Part shown: positions 36,230 to 44,653 of the stretch, one piece after another
Numbering within the stretch: the stretch's first letter is position 1
Layout: each line of letters begins with the position of its first letter
Assembly: GCA_035248005.1 (NCBI GenBank)
Contig: DATFHU010000006.1
Coordinates: 17,546-81,545 of the forward strand
Source of the DNA: Candidatus Saccharimonadales bacterium
GTDB taxonomy: Bacteria > Patescibacteriota > Saccharimonadia > Saccharimonadales > UBA4665
Reading direction: 5' to 3'
Length of the DNA stretch: 64,000 bases
Position numbers and translations under genes: made by a program
Notes under the pieces: model-generated
Told to the model about the DNA's origin: nothing
The model's input: the letters and a program-made list of their open reading frames with translations, nothing else
The model's database searches: none

Positions 36230-36305
36230 AGTGCTTTCAGCTGTGCCTCAATATATTCCAACTCACCGAAGAGAGGTTCGACCTGTTTCGTCGTTAGGCT
36301 CACCA
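36230..36305 (+). repeat. tRNA-Glu array junction G6
   Basis: 76 bp, 65/76 identical to G2, ends in GGCTCACCA. Confidence 0.85.
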
Positions 36306-36411
36306 GTACGAAAATTATTCTACAGGATATCTCTGTTATTTTGGTATTCGACCCGCCATAATCGAATCGCATACAAAGTTTCACTAAGGAATATTAAACG
36401 GGTTGTGAATT

Positions 36412-36990
36412 TTATAAAGCCAGGTATTTTATGAGTTTTTGAGTAAAGCGATGCATGTTGGGGTCGAAAATAACTGGGCTCGATTCTAGTACTTCTTGAA
36501 ATGAGAACCACGCTACATTACTAAACTCGCGACGGTCAAAGTTTAGGTGGTCATGAAGCTGCCCTCTTAGCAGGTACCAAAGGCTGACATCGGTATGGCC
36601 TGCGGTTAGGCCGACTGTTTGGGTAACCGTAACAAAAAACGGCTTGTCATTGCTGCGCAGAAAGACTGCTTTTTGGCCCAACTCTTCCTGAGCTTCGCGC
36701 ACAACGGTACCTCTGGGGTCTTCGCCAAGTTCGACATGCCCGCCAGACGGGAGCCATAACTGTGCTTTTATATGATCGGCCAAGAGCAGACTTTTATGGT
36801 CTGGATCAATCAGCACGAAGTACGATACTAAATGTTTGGGTGGTTTATCTGGGCTTTCAATTCTATAGATATTCAGGCCGCTTTCTATCCAGGCAAGCGT
36901 ATCAGCAATATGTTCGCGCTCGACATCGTCATAAGGTTCGATATGTTGCACAAGGCGATACACATTCGATTCGGCTGCCCGTAACTCCAT
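36412..36990 (-). CDS. NUDIX hydrolase
   Basis: PPKHLVSYF, LWLPSGGHVELGEDP..TV.REAQEELG. Confidence 0.92.
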   Translation of the reverse strand: MELRAAESNVYRLVQHIEPYDDVEREHIADTLAWIESGLNIYRIESPDKPPKHLVSYFVLIDPDHKSLLLADHIKAQLWLPSGGHVELGEDPRGTVVREAQEELGQKAVFLRSNDKPFFVTVTQTVGLTAGHTDVSLWYLLRGQLHDHLNFDRREFSNVAWFSFQEVLESSPVIFDPNMHRFTQKLIKYLAL

Positions 36991-37247
36991 ACGCTAATAT
37001 CTCCGTTTATTACGAGTGTAGGTTTCCGGGACACTAAAGCAAGAGCATTATTAACAACAGTCGATGTTCTCCTCTGCTAATTTGCCATTAGTTTTTATTT
37101 CGCCTTGCATTTTTCGTAGGCTCGCCTATTCTCTTAACTCGCAGTTAAGTCGTTGATGTTATCTAATATACGAAAGCTGCGCCCATGCACGCATTTCTTT
37201 GGTGATTTGCCCGCGTTGTCTATATAATTAAGCATAAGCTAAGACTT

Positions 37248-39866
37248 ATGCGGGGTGGTATGCAACAAGTGTTGGAGAGGTTCAAGTATGGTGCTATTAT
37301 TGTGGCATTTATATGTTCTATAGTGGCGGTTTCGATGCCGCCGTTACCAGCTTATGCGGCTGGCGAAACAATTACAGCCCCTGCCAGTGCGGGTGTTACG
37401 TATGCGGCTGCAACGCCGCTGAGCGTGCAAATAGCGGGCACGGGCAATGTTGCAGTATCAATCCGCTTGTATGTAACGCATGGTACGTTGGCTATTACTA
37501 ATACCGGCGGCCTGACGCTCCCGAACGGTACCTCGGGTAGTCCGCTATATATAAGCGGTAATCGTAACGATGTGAACACCGCGCTTGCCACCCTTACCAT
37601 GACTAGTACCACAATCGGCAATGACGAACTGGAGATGTCTTTGACAGCACCGGGCGAGATTTATTTCCCGGATACCGGGCACATGTACGAGGTAGTTTCG
37701 AGTACCGGCACCTGGACTGCCGCCAATACTGCAGCAAGCGGCCTGAGCAAATATGGCGCAACCGGCTACCTGGCTACCATGACGTCAGACGAAGAAAATA
37801 CGTTTGTCGCCGACCGCTTAACTACTGCCGGATGGATGGGGGCCAGCGATAGCGCCATTGAAGGCGATTGGAAATGGGTTAACGGACCAGAGAGTGGTAC
37901 GTCGTTTTGGTCTGGCACGTCTACCGGCTCACCCGTGGGCGGACAGTACGAAAATTGGGGCAGCGGCGAGCCAAACAACGCGGGCAACGAAGATTGCGCC
38001 CAGTTTTTAAGCGGTGGCAGTGGTGAGTGGAATGACCTGCCTTGTACGGTCACTACCTTGCCCGCATATGTGGTAGAGTACGGCGCACCTGGCGCATTAC
38101 CCGCTGTCGAAAGTGACACCATGGCTATTACAGTAGCTGGCGCCACGCGCCACCTTACTACTTGTGCCGACTTGCAAGTCATCGACGACATAGCAAACTC
38201 CATGTTCGACACGTTTATTCTGGATAACGATATCGATTGCAGCGGCATTAGCAACTTTGCACCGCTTGGCTCGGGCGGCACGGCCTGGAATGATTTTATG
38301 GGTACGTTTGACGGCAATGGGCATACTATTAGCAACCTTACCGTCAATAATCCCAATAACGATGCCGGTTTATTCCAGCGCCTGGATGGCGCCATCGTTA
38401 AGGACCTGACGCTGCACTCCGGGTCGGTAACGGCCGCAGTCAGCCGCGCTGGAGCGGTAGCAGGTGATGCCGAGGGATCATTTGCACTTCAAAATATTAC
38501 AAGTGACGTATATGTTACAGCCAATAGTATGGCGGGCGGTTTAGTTGGCAGGGCATTCTTTAACCAGGGAATGGATTCGACCATAACCAACGTACATGTA
38601 TCCGGCGATATTTCGACCACGAGTAATGGCGGCGGCCTAATCGGCCAATTAGCCTTATATGATTCATCCGAGCTAACAGTAACTATCGCCTCGTCTACCG
38701 GGACGGTCGAATCAACGGCGCGTGCTGGCGGTTTGTTTGGGCATGTATATATTGAAGAAGATGTTGGCGACACCGGGCTTACCGTCCGGGACGTATATAG
38801 CTCAGCAACGGTAGAAGCCGTCAATGCAGCGGGCGGTATTGCTGGCTTGGCTGAGCCGTTCGTAAGCGGTGGCGTGGGCAATGCGTATATAAAACTGGAG
38901 CGAGTGTATACGAGCGGGTCTATTACGGCCACTACGGCATATGCCGGCGGTTTGTTCGCGTACCTAAATACCCTTGATAGCGCGGGCGAGATAGTGACTA
39001 TTAACGATTCTTTTGTCGCGGGTGCCATTACGAGTCCGAGTGATGACTATGCCTTGTTTTATTCGAGCGGGGTGAGCGCGCCGGGCGTCGTCAACAGTAA
39101 CGACGTATACGTAGATCGTACTCGTACTAGCCAAAACACTAACTCCAACGTGACGCTGACCGGTGTAACCGGAGTAAATGTCATGAACGCCCAACCCAAC
39201 TATTTTTTTAATACGACAACCAGCGAACCGCTTGATGAGTGGAACTTTAGCAGCGGTACAGTGTGGTATAAGCATCTGCAAACATTCCCAACCTTTGTGG
39301 CAATAACCGATGAAGACGCTGACGGCGCACCCAGCAGCTCAGAAGACGCCGGTCCGAATGGCGGCGACGGTAATAACGACGGCATTTTAGACAGCGTCCA
39401 AAGCAATGTGGTGTCGTTTGTAAGCGGTCTTTCTAGCAAACCGGTAGCCATCGAGGCATCAAGCGGCTGCAGTTTTAGCAGCATGGCAATGCGCAGCGAA
39501 AGCCAATTTGCTGCAAAAGATGGTGGCTATGACTACCCGCAGGGCTTTGTAAAGTTCACGGCAGGTTGCGGCACGCCGGGCTTTACCGCTAACATCAAAC
39601 TATTCTTTTATGACGTCAATAAGGGTGGTCTTGACTTAGTCCGTAAGTACAATAGCGTGCGTGATGCCTACTTTGTTTTACCCGGCTCGACTGTCAGCGG
39701 ACAAACTATCGGCGGCCGTACTGTTACGATTGCCACCTACCACGTAACCGACGGTAGCGAACTAGACGAAGACGCAGCGGCAAATGGTACGATCCTTGAC
39801 CCCGCCGGCTTGGCCCAAAACGTGGTAGGCGTACCAAACACTGGCCTTGGCGGTAGTGTACGATAA
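37248..39866 (+). CDS. Large surface adhesin-like protein: C-type lectin-like domain, GLUG-like repeats, choice-of-anchor-U-like domain, VPNTG motif
   Basis: WMGASD...EGDWKW...WGSGEPNN...EDC...WNDLPC; AGGLVG/GGLIG/AGGLFG repeats; DGNNDGILDS.QSNV...DG..D.D..ANG.I.DP; ends VPNTGLGGSVR*. Confidence 0.8.
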   Translation: MRGGMQQVLERFKYGAIIVAFICSIVAVSMPPLPAYAAGETITAPASAGVTYAAATPLSVQIAGTGNVAVSIRLYVTHGTLAITNTGGLTLPNGTSGSPLYISGNRNDVNTALATLTMTSTTIGNDELEMSLTAPGEIYFPDTGHMYEVVSSTGTWTAANTAASGLSKYGATGYLATMTSDEENTFVADRLTTAGWMGASDSAIEGDWKWVNGPESGTSFWSGTSTGSPVGGQYENWGSGEPNNAGNEDCAQFLSGGSGEWNDLPCTVTTLPAYVVEYGAPGALPAVESDTMAITVAGATRHLTTCADLQVIDDIANSMFDTFILDNDIDCSGISNFAPLGSGGTAWNDFMGTFDGNGHTISNLTVNNPNNDAGLFQRLDGAIVKDLTLHSGSVTAAVSRAGAVAGDAEGSFALQNITSDVYVTANSMAGGLVGRAFFNQGMDSTITNVHVSGDISTTSNGGGLIGQLALYDSSELTVTIASSTGTVESTARAGGLFGHVYIEEDVGDTGLTVRDVYSSATVEAVNAAGGIAGLAEPFVSGGVGNAYIKLERVYTSGSITATTAYAGGLFAYLNTLDSAGEIVTINDSFVAGAITSPSDDYALFYSSGVSAPGVVNSNDVYVDRTRTSQNTNSNVTLTGVTGVNVMNAQPNYFFNTTTSEPLDEWNFSSGTVWYKHLQTFPTFVAITDEDADGAPSSSEDAGPNGGDGNNDGILDSVQSNVVSFVSGLSSKPVAIEASSGCSFSSMAMRSESQFAAKDGGYDYPQGFVKFTAGCGTPGFTANIKLFFYDVNKGGLDLVRKYNSVRDAYFVLPGSTVSGQTIGGRTVTIATYHVTDGSELDEDAAANGTILDPAGLAQNVVGVPNTGLGGSVR

Positions 39867-39870
39867 ATAC

Positions 39871-40500
39871 GTGCCCACAACTCTTAAGCCAGTGGCGCTG
39901 TACGGGATAATGCTGTTGCTTATAGCAGGAGCAGCTATTTGGCTATGGCGGCCTTCGCCTCTGCCAATAGCCAAGACGCCGCCGGTTGTTACTCATTCTG
40001 CTGATAGGCCTAGCGAGACAAAGCCCGATCCGGCTACGCAACAGTGGCGCGGTACGGCTACTCAGCCCAAATACATCAGCCTGCCCAGCATTCAAGCGGA
40101 AGGTTTTTTACAGTGGGTGGGTGTTGACCAGCACAAAACTATTGCCGTACCCAGCAATATCCATATGGCCGGCTGGTATGTAGATAGCCGTTCTCCCGGC
40201 GAAAGGGGTTTAAGTATCATTGACGGACATGTAGATGGGCGCACTGAGGGGGGTATTTTTAAAGATTTGGCAAAGCTTCGTCCGCAGGATCGGTTTAGTA
40301 TTACCTTTGGAGACGATTCCGAAAAGACCTTTGTAGTCCGCAAAGTACACCGCAAGCCGGCCGCAGAAGCGGCTGTCGTTCTATTCTCGCAGGATCCGGC
40401 AATTACTGCGCAACTAAACCTTATTACCTGCGGCGGCCGGTTCGACCGGAAGACAGGCGTTTATGAAGAACGGATAATTGTTGTTGCTTCGCGGTTATAG
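39871..40500 (+). CDS. Class F sortase
   Basis: AGWY..S..PG..G..II.GHVD, GIF..L..L, LITC.G and R motifs; N-terminal TM; GTG 39871 is the likely start (ORF open from 39847). Confidence 0.92.
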   Translation: MPTTLKPVALYGIMLLLIAGAAIWLWRPSPLPIAKTPPVVTHSADRPSETKPDPATQQWRGTATQPKYISLPSIQAEGFLQWVGVDQHKTIAVPSNIHMAGWYVDSRSPGERGLSIIDGHVDGRTEGGIFKDLAKLRPQDRFSITFGDDSEKTFVVRKVHRKPAAEAAVVLFSQDPAITAQLNLITCGGRFDRKTGVYEERIIVVASRL

Positions 40501-40552
40501 CAGTTTTTAGCGAGTTTGTATTAAAAGCTCGCTAAAGCTATCGTCAAACTGC

Positions 40553-41194
40553 CTAAAACAGCAAGTCGTTGCCAAGGCGTGTCCGGAAAAGGTAGAGCCG
40601 TATAAGTACTAACGCCACATGCGCGCAAAAAGACCATATAAGTATTGCTCCCCCAATTTGGAGAATAATGTGCATAGTAGGTTCGCTTACAAACAGCTGG
40701 TAATCTACCGCGAGCAGTTTTTTAAACAGAGGTTGTGCCAGGACAAGCAAGGCAATAAAAATCATAGCGATCACCATCCGCCACAGCATACGGAGCAGGA
40801 CTCCTTGGCGCATAGGATGAGTAATAACTGCCTGTTCGACAACCCGTATGTTATGTTCGCTATCGCGAACGTCACGAACCAGCTCCACGATATATTCAAG
40901 AAGACTAAAGACTGCGAACCCTAGCAGACCCCACATAACAATAAGCACTATACGGCTCATTGTCTGGTTATGAAGGAATGCCTCGATAGGCTGTACAATC
41001 TGGTTGGTATAGGCAGCCGCCCATTCTCCATCTAGTAGGCTTGGCAAAAAGGTGCCAAAGTCTAAGCTCAGTGAAAGAATGTGCAGGCCTGTAATACTGC
41101 ATCCGAATATAAAGCAGTACACTATGCTGCTGCTGGATGGTTCCAGGCTGCGCAGTAGAAGGCGCCAGGTTGAGTACGTTGTATGTGCAGGCAT
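40553..41194 (-). CDS. Hypothetical membrane protein
   Basis: 213 aa with about 4 TMs. Confidence 0.65.
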   Translation of the reverse strand: MPAHTTYSTWRLLLRSLEPSSSSIVYCFIFGCSITGLHILSLSLDFGTFLPSLLDGEWAAAYTNQIVQPIEAFLHNQTMSRIVLIVMWGLLGFAVFSLLEYIVELVRDVRDSEHNIRVVEQAVITHPMRQGVLLRMLWRMVIAMIFIALLVLAQPLFKKLLAVDYQLFVSEPTMHIILQIGGAILIWSFCAHVALVLIRLYLFRTRLGNDLLF

Positions 41195-41288
41195 TGCTAT
41201 TAGTATAGCGCGGTATTATTTGAAAAAAGCCAACCCAGCGTGCTTTAATAATACTTAAGCAATATAAACTAAATATAGGAAACCAAAA

Positions 41289-43064
41289 ATGGACAAGCAA
41301 ACCGAGGTTGTTGTGAGCGAACACAGCGGGCAAACGTCGAAAGGACGTTTTAGCAGATTATTTACCCGCCGTTCCGCTCTTATTAGCACCTTTGTATTAT
41401 TTTTTGCCGCTATCGGCAGCACTACTGTATGGTGGGCAAGCGCCGCTACCACTACTTATAGTTTATGGAGCCAAAAGGCTGTGCCTAAAACTATAACTGT
41501 TTCTACGGATCGTAGTACGGAACTGGGCATGAAGTTCAAAGCGCGGGTTGCCGGGCAAGTAACCGGTATTGCTTTTTACAAAGGCCCGCAAAATACGGGC
41601 ACTCATGTCGGGACGTTGTGGGATATTCGAGGTAATAAACTAGCTACGGTAACGTTTAGGAATGAAACCAAGTATGGCTGGCAAACAGCCACCTTTACGA
41701 AGCCGGTAGATGTAGCCGCTAATGTGCCGTACGTTATCAGCTACAGCGCGCCGAATGGGCATTATTCTCGAAACACAAATTATTTTAAACAGTCATTTAC
41801 TAATAACAATTTAAGTGGCTTGCGGGATGACGGTCCGAACGGCGCCAATGGCGTATATGGCCGGAAAGGCCGGTTCCCTCGGGCTGATGGCAATGGCAGT
41901 AACTACTGGGTTGACATATTGTTTACGAGCAAGCGGGTAGCACCAAAGCCTGCGCCTGCGCCTCCTACGGGGCTAACGGCTACTCAAAGCGGCAGCTCGG
42001 TTATTGTATCCTGGATACCGGCTTCTAGTGAAAACCGGATTGCCAGTTATAAGCTCTTCCGCAACGGCAATCAGGTCGCGACAGTAGGCGGTTCGGCAAC
42101 AACTTGGACGGACAAGAACGTTAATGCCGGCCAACAATATACCTACTATGCTCAATCGGTTGACGATACTGGCACTATATCAGCAAATTCGGTGCCGGTA
42201 AGTATTACCCTCAGCTCCGTACCTACGCCGACCCCAACTTGCCCGCCAGGATACACCGGTACGCCGCCAAACTGTACGCCACCTCCTCCACCGCCGAGTC
42301 CCACCCCTACTCCTACCCCCACTCCTTCTCCTTCGGCTATATGGAAACCGACTTCCGCAGCTCCTATATCTTGGTATTGGCAACTGCAGGGTACTATTAG
42401 TACGTCACCGCTCAAGGCTAGCGTATATGACATTGACGGCTTTGATAACACTGCTGCAACCGTGAAAGCATTACAAGGTAATGGGGCTCGAGTAATCTGT
42501 TACCTCAGTCTTGGCACCTACGAAGATTTCCGGCCGGATAAAGACCAATTCCCCAAGGCTGCTATCGGCGCTTCTGTAGATGGCTGGCCGGGCGAAAACT
42601 GGTTGGATGTTACCAATCCAACGGTCAAAACGATCATGAAGGCACGTATGCAGATGTGCAAAGACAAGGGTTTCGATGCTATTGAACCGGATAATATCGA
42701 TAGTTATCAGAACAAGCCAGGATTCCCCACGACTGCTGCACAGCAAGCTGCGTATAATCAATGGATCGCGGAAACAGCCCATAGCCTTGGGTTGTCAATC
42801 GGCCTTAAGAATGACCTGGATCAGGTTCCACAACTTGTATCGTACTTCGACTGGGCGCTCAATGAAGAATGCAATCAATATGATGAATGCGAAACCTTAG
42901 AGCCATTTGTAAAAGCTAACAAGGCCGTATTTAATGCAGAGTACAAAGGGGGAACTACCTTCTGTAATGCAGATAATGCTAAGCGCATTAATGGCGCGCT
43001 CTTTGACCTAGACCTTACCGGCAAGTACACTCCCTGTAAGAGCATGTCAAGCACTACCTGGTAG
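41289..43064 (+). CDS. Membrane-anchored DUF4082-like + FN3 + Pro linker + GH114 endo-alpha-1,4-polygalactosaminidase
   Basis: ELGMKF...G.VTGI.FYK domain, PTGLTA..Y..YRNG FN3, WQLQG, YDIDGF, ICY.S.G..E..RPD, GFDAIEPDN.D, KND..Q and NEEC..Y.EC motifs. Confidence 0.85.
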   Translation: MDKQTEVVVSEHSGQTSKGRFSRLFTRRSALISTFVLFFAAIGSTTVWWASAATTTYSLWSQKAVPKTITVSTDRSTELGMKFKARVAGQVTGIAFYKGPQNTGTHVGTLWDIRGNKLATVTFRNETKYGWQTATFTKPVDVAANVPYVISYSAPNGHYSRNTNYFKQSFTNNNLSGLRDDGPNGANGVYGRKGRFPRADGNGSNYWVDILFTSKRVAPKPAPAPPTGLTATQSGSSVIVSWIPASSENRIASYKLFRNGNQVATVGGSATTWTDKNVNAGQQYTYYAQSVDDTGTISANSVPVSITLSSVPTPTPTCPPGYTGTPPNCTPPPPPPSPTPTPTPTPSPSAIWKPTSAAPISWYWQLQGTISTSPLKASVYDIDGFDNTAATVKALQGNGARVICYLSLGTYEDFRPDKDQFPKAAIGASVDGWPGENWLDVTNPTVKTIMKARMQMCKDKGFDAIEPDNIDSYQNKPGFPTTAAQQAAYNQWIAETAHSLGLSIGLKNDLDQVPQLVSYFDWALNEECNQYDECETLEPFVKANKAVFNAEYKGGTTFCNADNAKRINGALFDLDLTGKYTPCKSMSSTTW

Positions 43065-43082
43065 TAGTGATACAATGAGCGC

Positions 43083-43937
43083 ATGGAATCTTTTAAAACC
43101 ATGCCGGGACAGCTAACACCCGATGAAGTTGATGCTTCGCTTTTGGTTGTGCAGGATGCTTTTAGGGCGGTTAGACCGCTCATAGTGGAGCGGGCAGGGA
43201 AAGCCCGGTTTGTAAACAAGCACGACGGCTCGCCGCTTACGGATGATGATGTAGCCGTTGAAAAGAGAGTTATAGCAGCGCTTAGGAGCCATTCGCCTGG
43301 GGTGCCGGTTTTTGGGGAAGAGTCTGGGTATGACGAAAATGTAACGGGCACTTTCTGGCTTATTGATCCTATTGACGGTACCAAGAGTTTTGTTGAGAAT
43401 GTACCGGCCTATACAAGTATGGCAGTGCTTATACAGGGCGGCGAGGCGGTTGCGAGTGTTATTTATAACCAATCCCGAGGCGATATGTATGTCGCCCAAA
43501 AGGGTAGGGGGGCGTACAAAAACGAGGTTCGTCTGGACTTGCGCACAAAGCCGCTGCCGAAGGTGGCATACTGCAAGGAGCAGTTTATTGGGGTGCTGAA
43601 TCGTTTATTGGAGTCAAAAGGGGTGGTGTGCGAATCCGGGCCCGCAGGTGGTGGGTATGGATTTACTATGGTGGCTGGCGGCCGCGCGGCCGCGCGGTTT
43701 AATTTGCTAGGCCGTGGGCATATACACGACTATGCGCCGGGCGCCCTGCTGGTGCGCGAAGCGGGCGGAATTATACTGCCGGTTCAGGACGGGGCGTACA
43801 CCTACAAAACGCGAAGCTTTATTGCTTGTCATCCTGATTTGGAAGCAACCCTACGCCCGCACGTGCAAAAACTCCGTGCCTTGGAATTAGAGTTGGCTGG
43901 AAAAAGTAGCCGTATTACCTTTTCCACAGCTCCTTGA
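43083..43937 (+). CDS. Inositol monophosphatase family protein
   Basis: GEE, W.IDPIDGT..F and HDYAPG.LLV.EAGG motifs. Confidence 0.9.
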   Translation: MESFKTMPGQLTPDEVDASLLVVQDAFRAVRPLIVERAGKARFVNKHDGSPLTDDDVAVEKRVIAALRSHSPGVPVFGEESGYDENVTGTFWLIDPIDGTKSFVENVPAYTSMAVLIQGGEAVASVIYNQSRGDMYVAQKGRGAYKNEVRLDLRTKPLPKVAYCKEQFIGVLNRLLESKGVVCESGPAGGGYGFTMVAGGRAAARFNLLGRGHIHDYAPGALLVREAGGIILPVQDGAYTYKTRSFIACHPDLEATLRPHVQKLRALELELAGKSSRITFSTAP

Positions 43938-44544
43938 GTGCCTTTATAACAGATGCTACCGATGCAGAGATATCGTCTTCGCCGTGTACGACTATAGTAT
44001 TAAACCCTTTATCGGCAAAGCTGGCGTAGTCGTTTATAAAGCGGACGAACGCCCCCTCCGGAACGCTGTGACCGCCTTGCTTTTCCCGTTTGGCAATCCG
44101 GGCTTTGGCAGTGTCGTGGCTGATTTCGACTTCTACGACAAGGAGGGGCAGGTGGGTGTCATGTTCTAGTGCATACGTCTGCAGGTAGGCGACTGTGCGG
44201 TTAAAACCGCCCAGGTTGGTAAAAGCCTGATTCCAGATAATGATTTTATTGGAGGTGATTGCCGTGTGCGCCTTTGTTCTTAAAAACCGGTGAGGATGGA
44301 ATTTTTTTTCAACGCCTTCTGAAGTCAAGTCTTTGGAAAGATCGGTGTACTCTTTGCTTAAGTAGTCTATTGTGTCGGGGTCAAGTGTAAGCACCCTCTC
44401 TTTGCCGAGTGCTTTTTGCAGTGCGGACGCTAGGTAAGATTTACCGCTGCCAGGTAGGCCTCGAATCAAAATAAGAGTTGGATGGCTGACGTTTTGCAAG
44501 TTACTTATTGTTGGGTCTGTCTTGGCTGTTGTGCCCATAGGCAT
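43915..44544 (-). CDS. P-loop nucleotide kinase-like (AAA_33/zeta-toxin-like) protein
   Basis: IRGLPGSGKS Walker A; R...R...GGH.VP lid. Confidence 0.8.
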   Translation of the reverse strand: MPMGTTAKTDPTISNLQNVSHPTLILIRGLPGSGKSYLASALQKALGKERVLTLDPDTIDYLSKEYTDLSKDLTSEGVEKKFHPHRFLRTKAHTAITSNKIIIWNQAFTNLGGFNRTVAYLQTYALEHDTHLPLLVVEVEISHDTAKARIAKREKQGGHSVPEGAFVRFINDYASFADKGFNTIVVHGEDDISASVASVIKALKELWKR

Positions 44545-44653
44545 TATCGTAGTATATTTTTGGGCGAAAAACTACAGCGCGTCTTTTACGCACGCTCGGT
44601 GTGGTAAAGTTAATGTAGATATTTGGCCTTAACAAAGGCAAAGGAACTACTAC

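Larger units (their letters stand above)
23269..36305 (+). mobile_element. tRNA-Glu-anchored tandem cassette island (six modules, no integrase in window)
   Basis: Six junction repeats ending in a TCACCA-like core coincide with functional module boundaries; three TA systems. Confidence 0.75.

Noticed and set aside
2448-36305. Classical integron (intI + attC sites)
   Set aside because: No tyrosine recombinase ORF is present, and the junctions lack the RYYYAAC...GTTRRRY inverted-core palindrome of attC; they match tRNA 3' ends instead.
37111-37126. Possible seventh Glu junction (TCGTAGGCTCGCC) after the last NUDIX
   Set aside because: Only a short, mismatched core with no recognisable arm; too weak to call.
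42225-42335. Low-complexity CCN/ACN repeats (also about 48970-49010)
   Set aside because: They are explained as Pro/Thr linkers in the surface hydrolases, not as independent DNA repeats.
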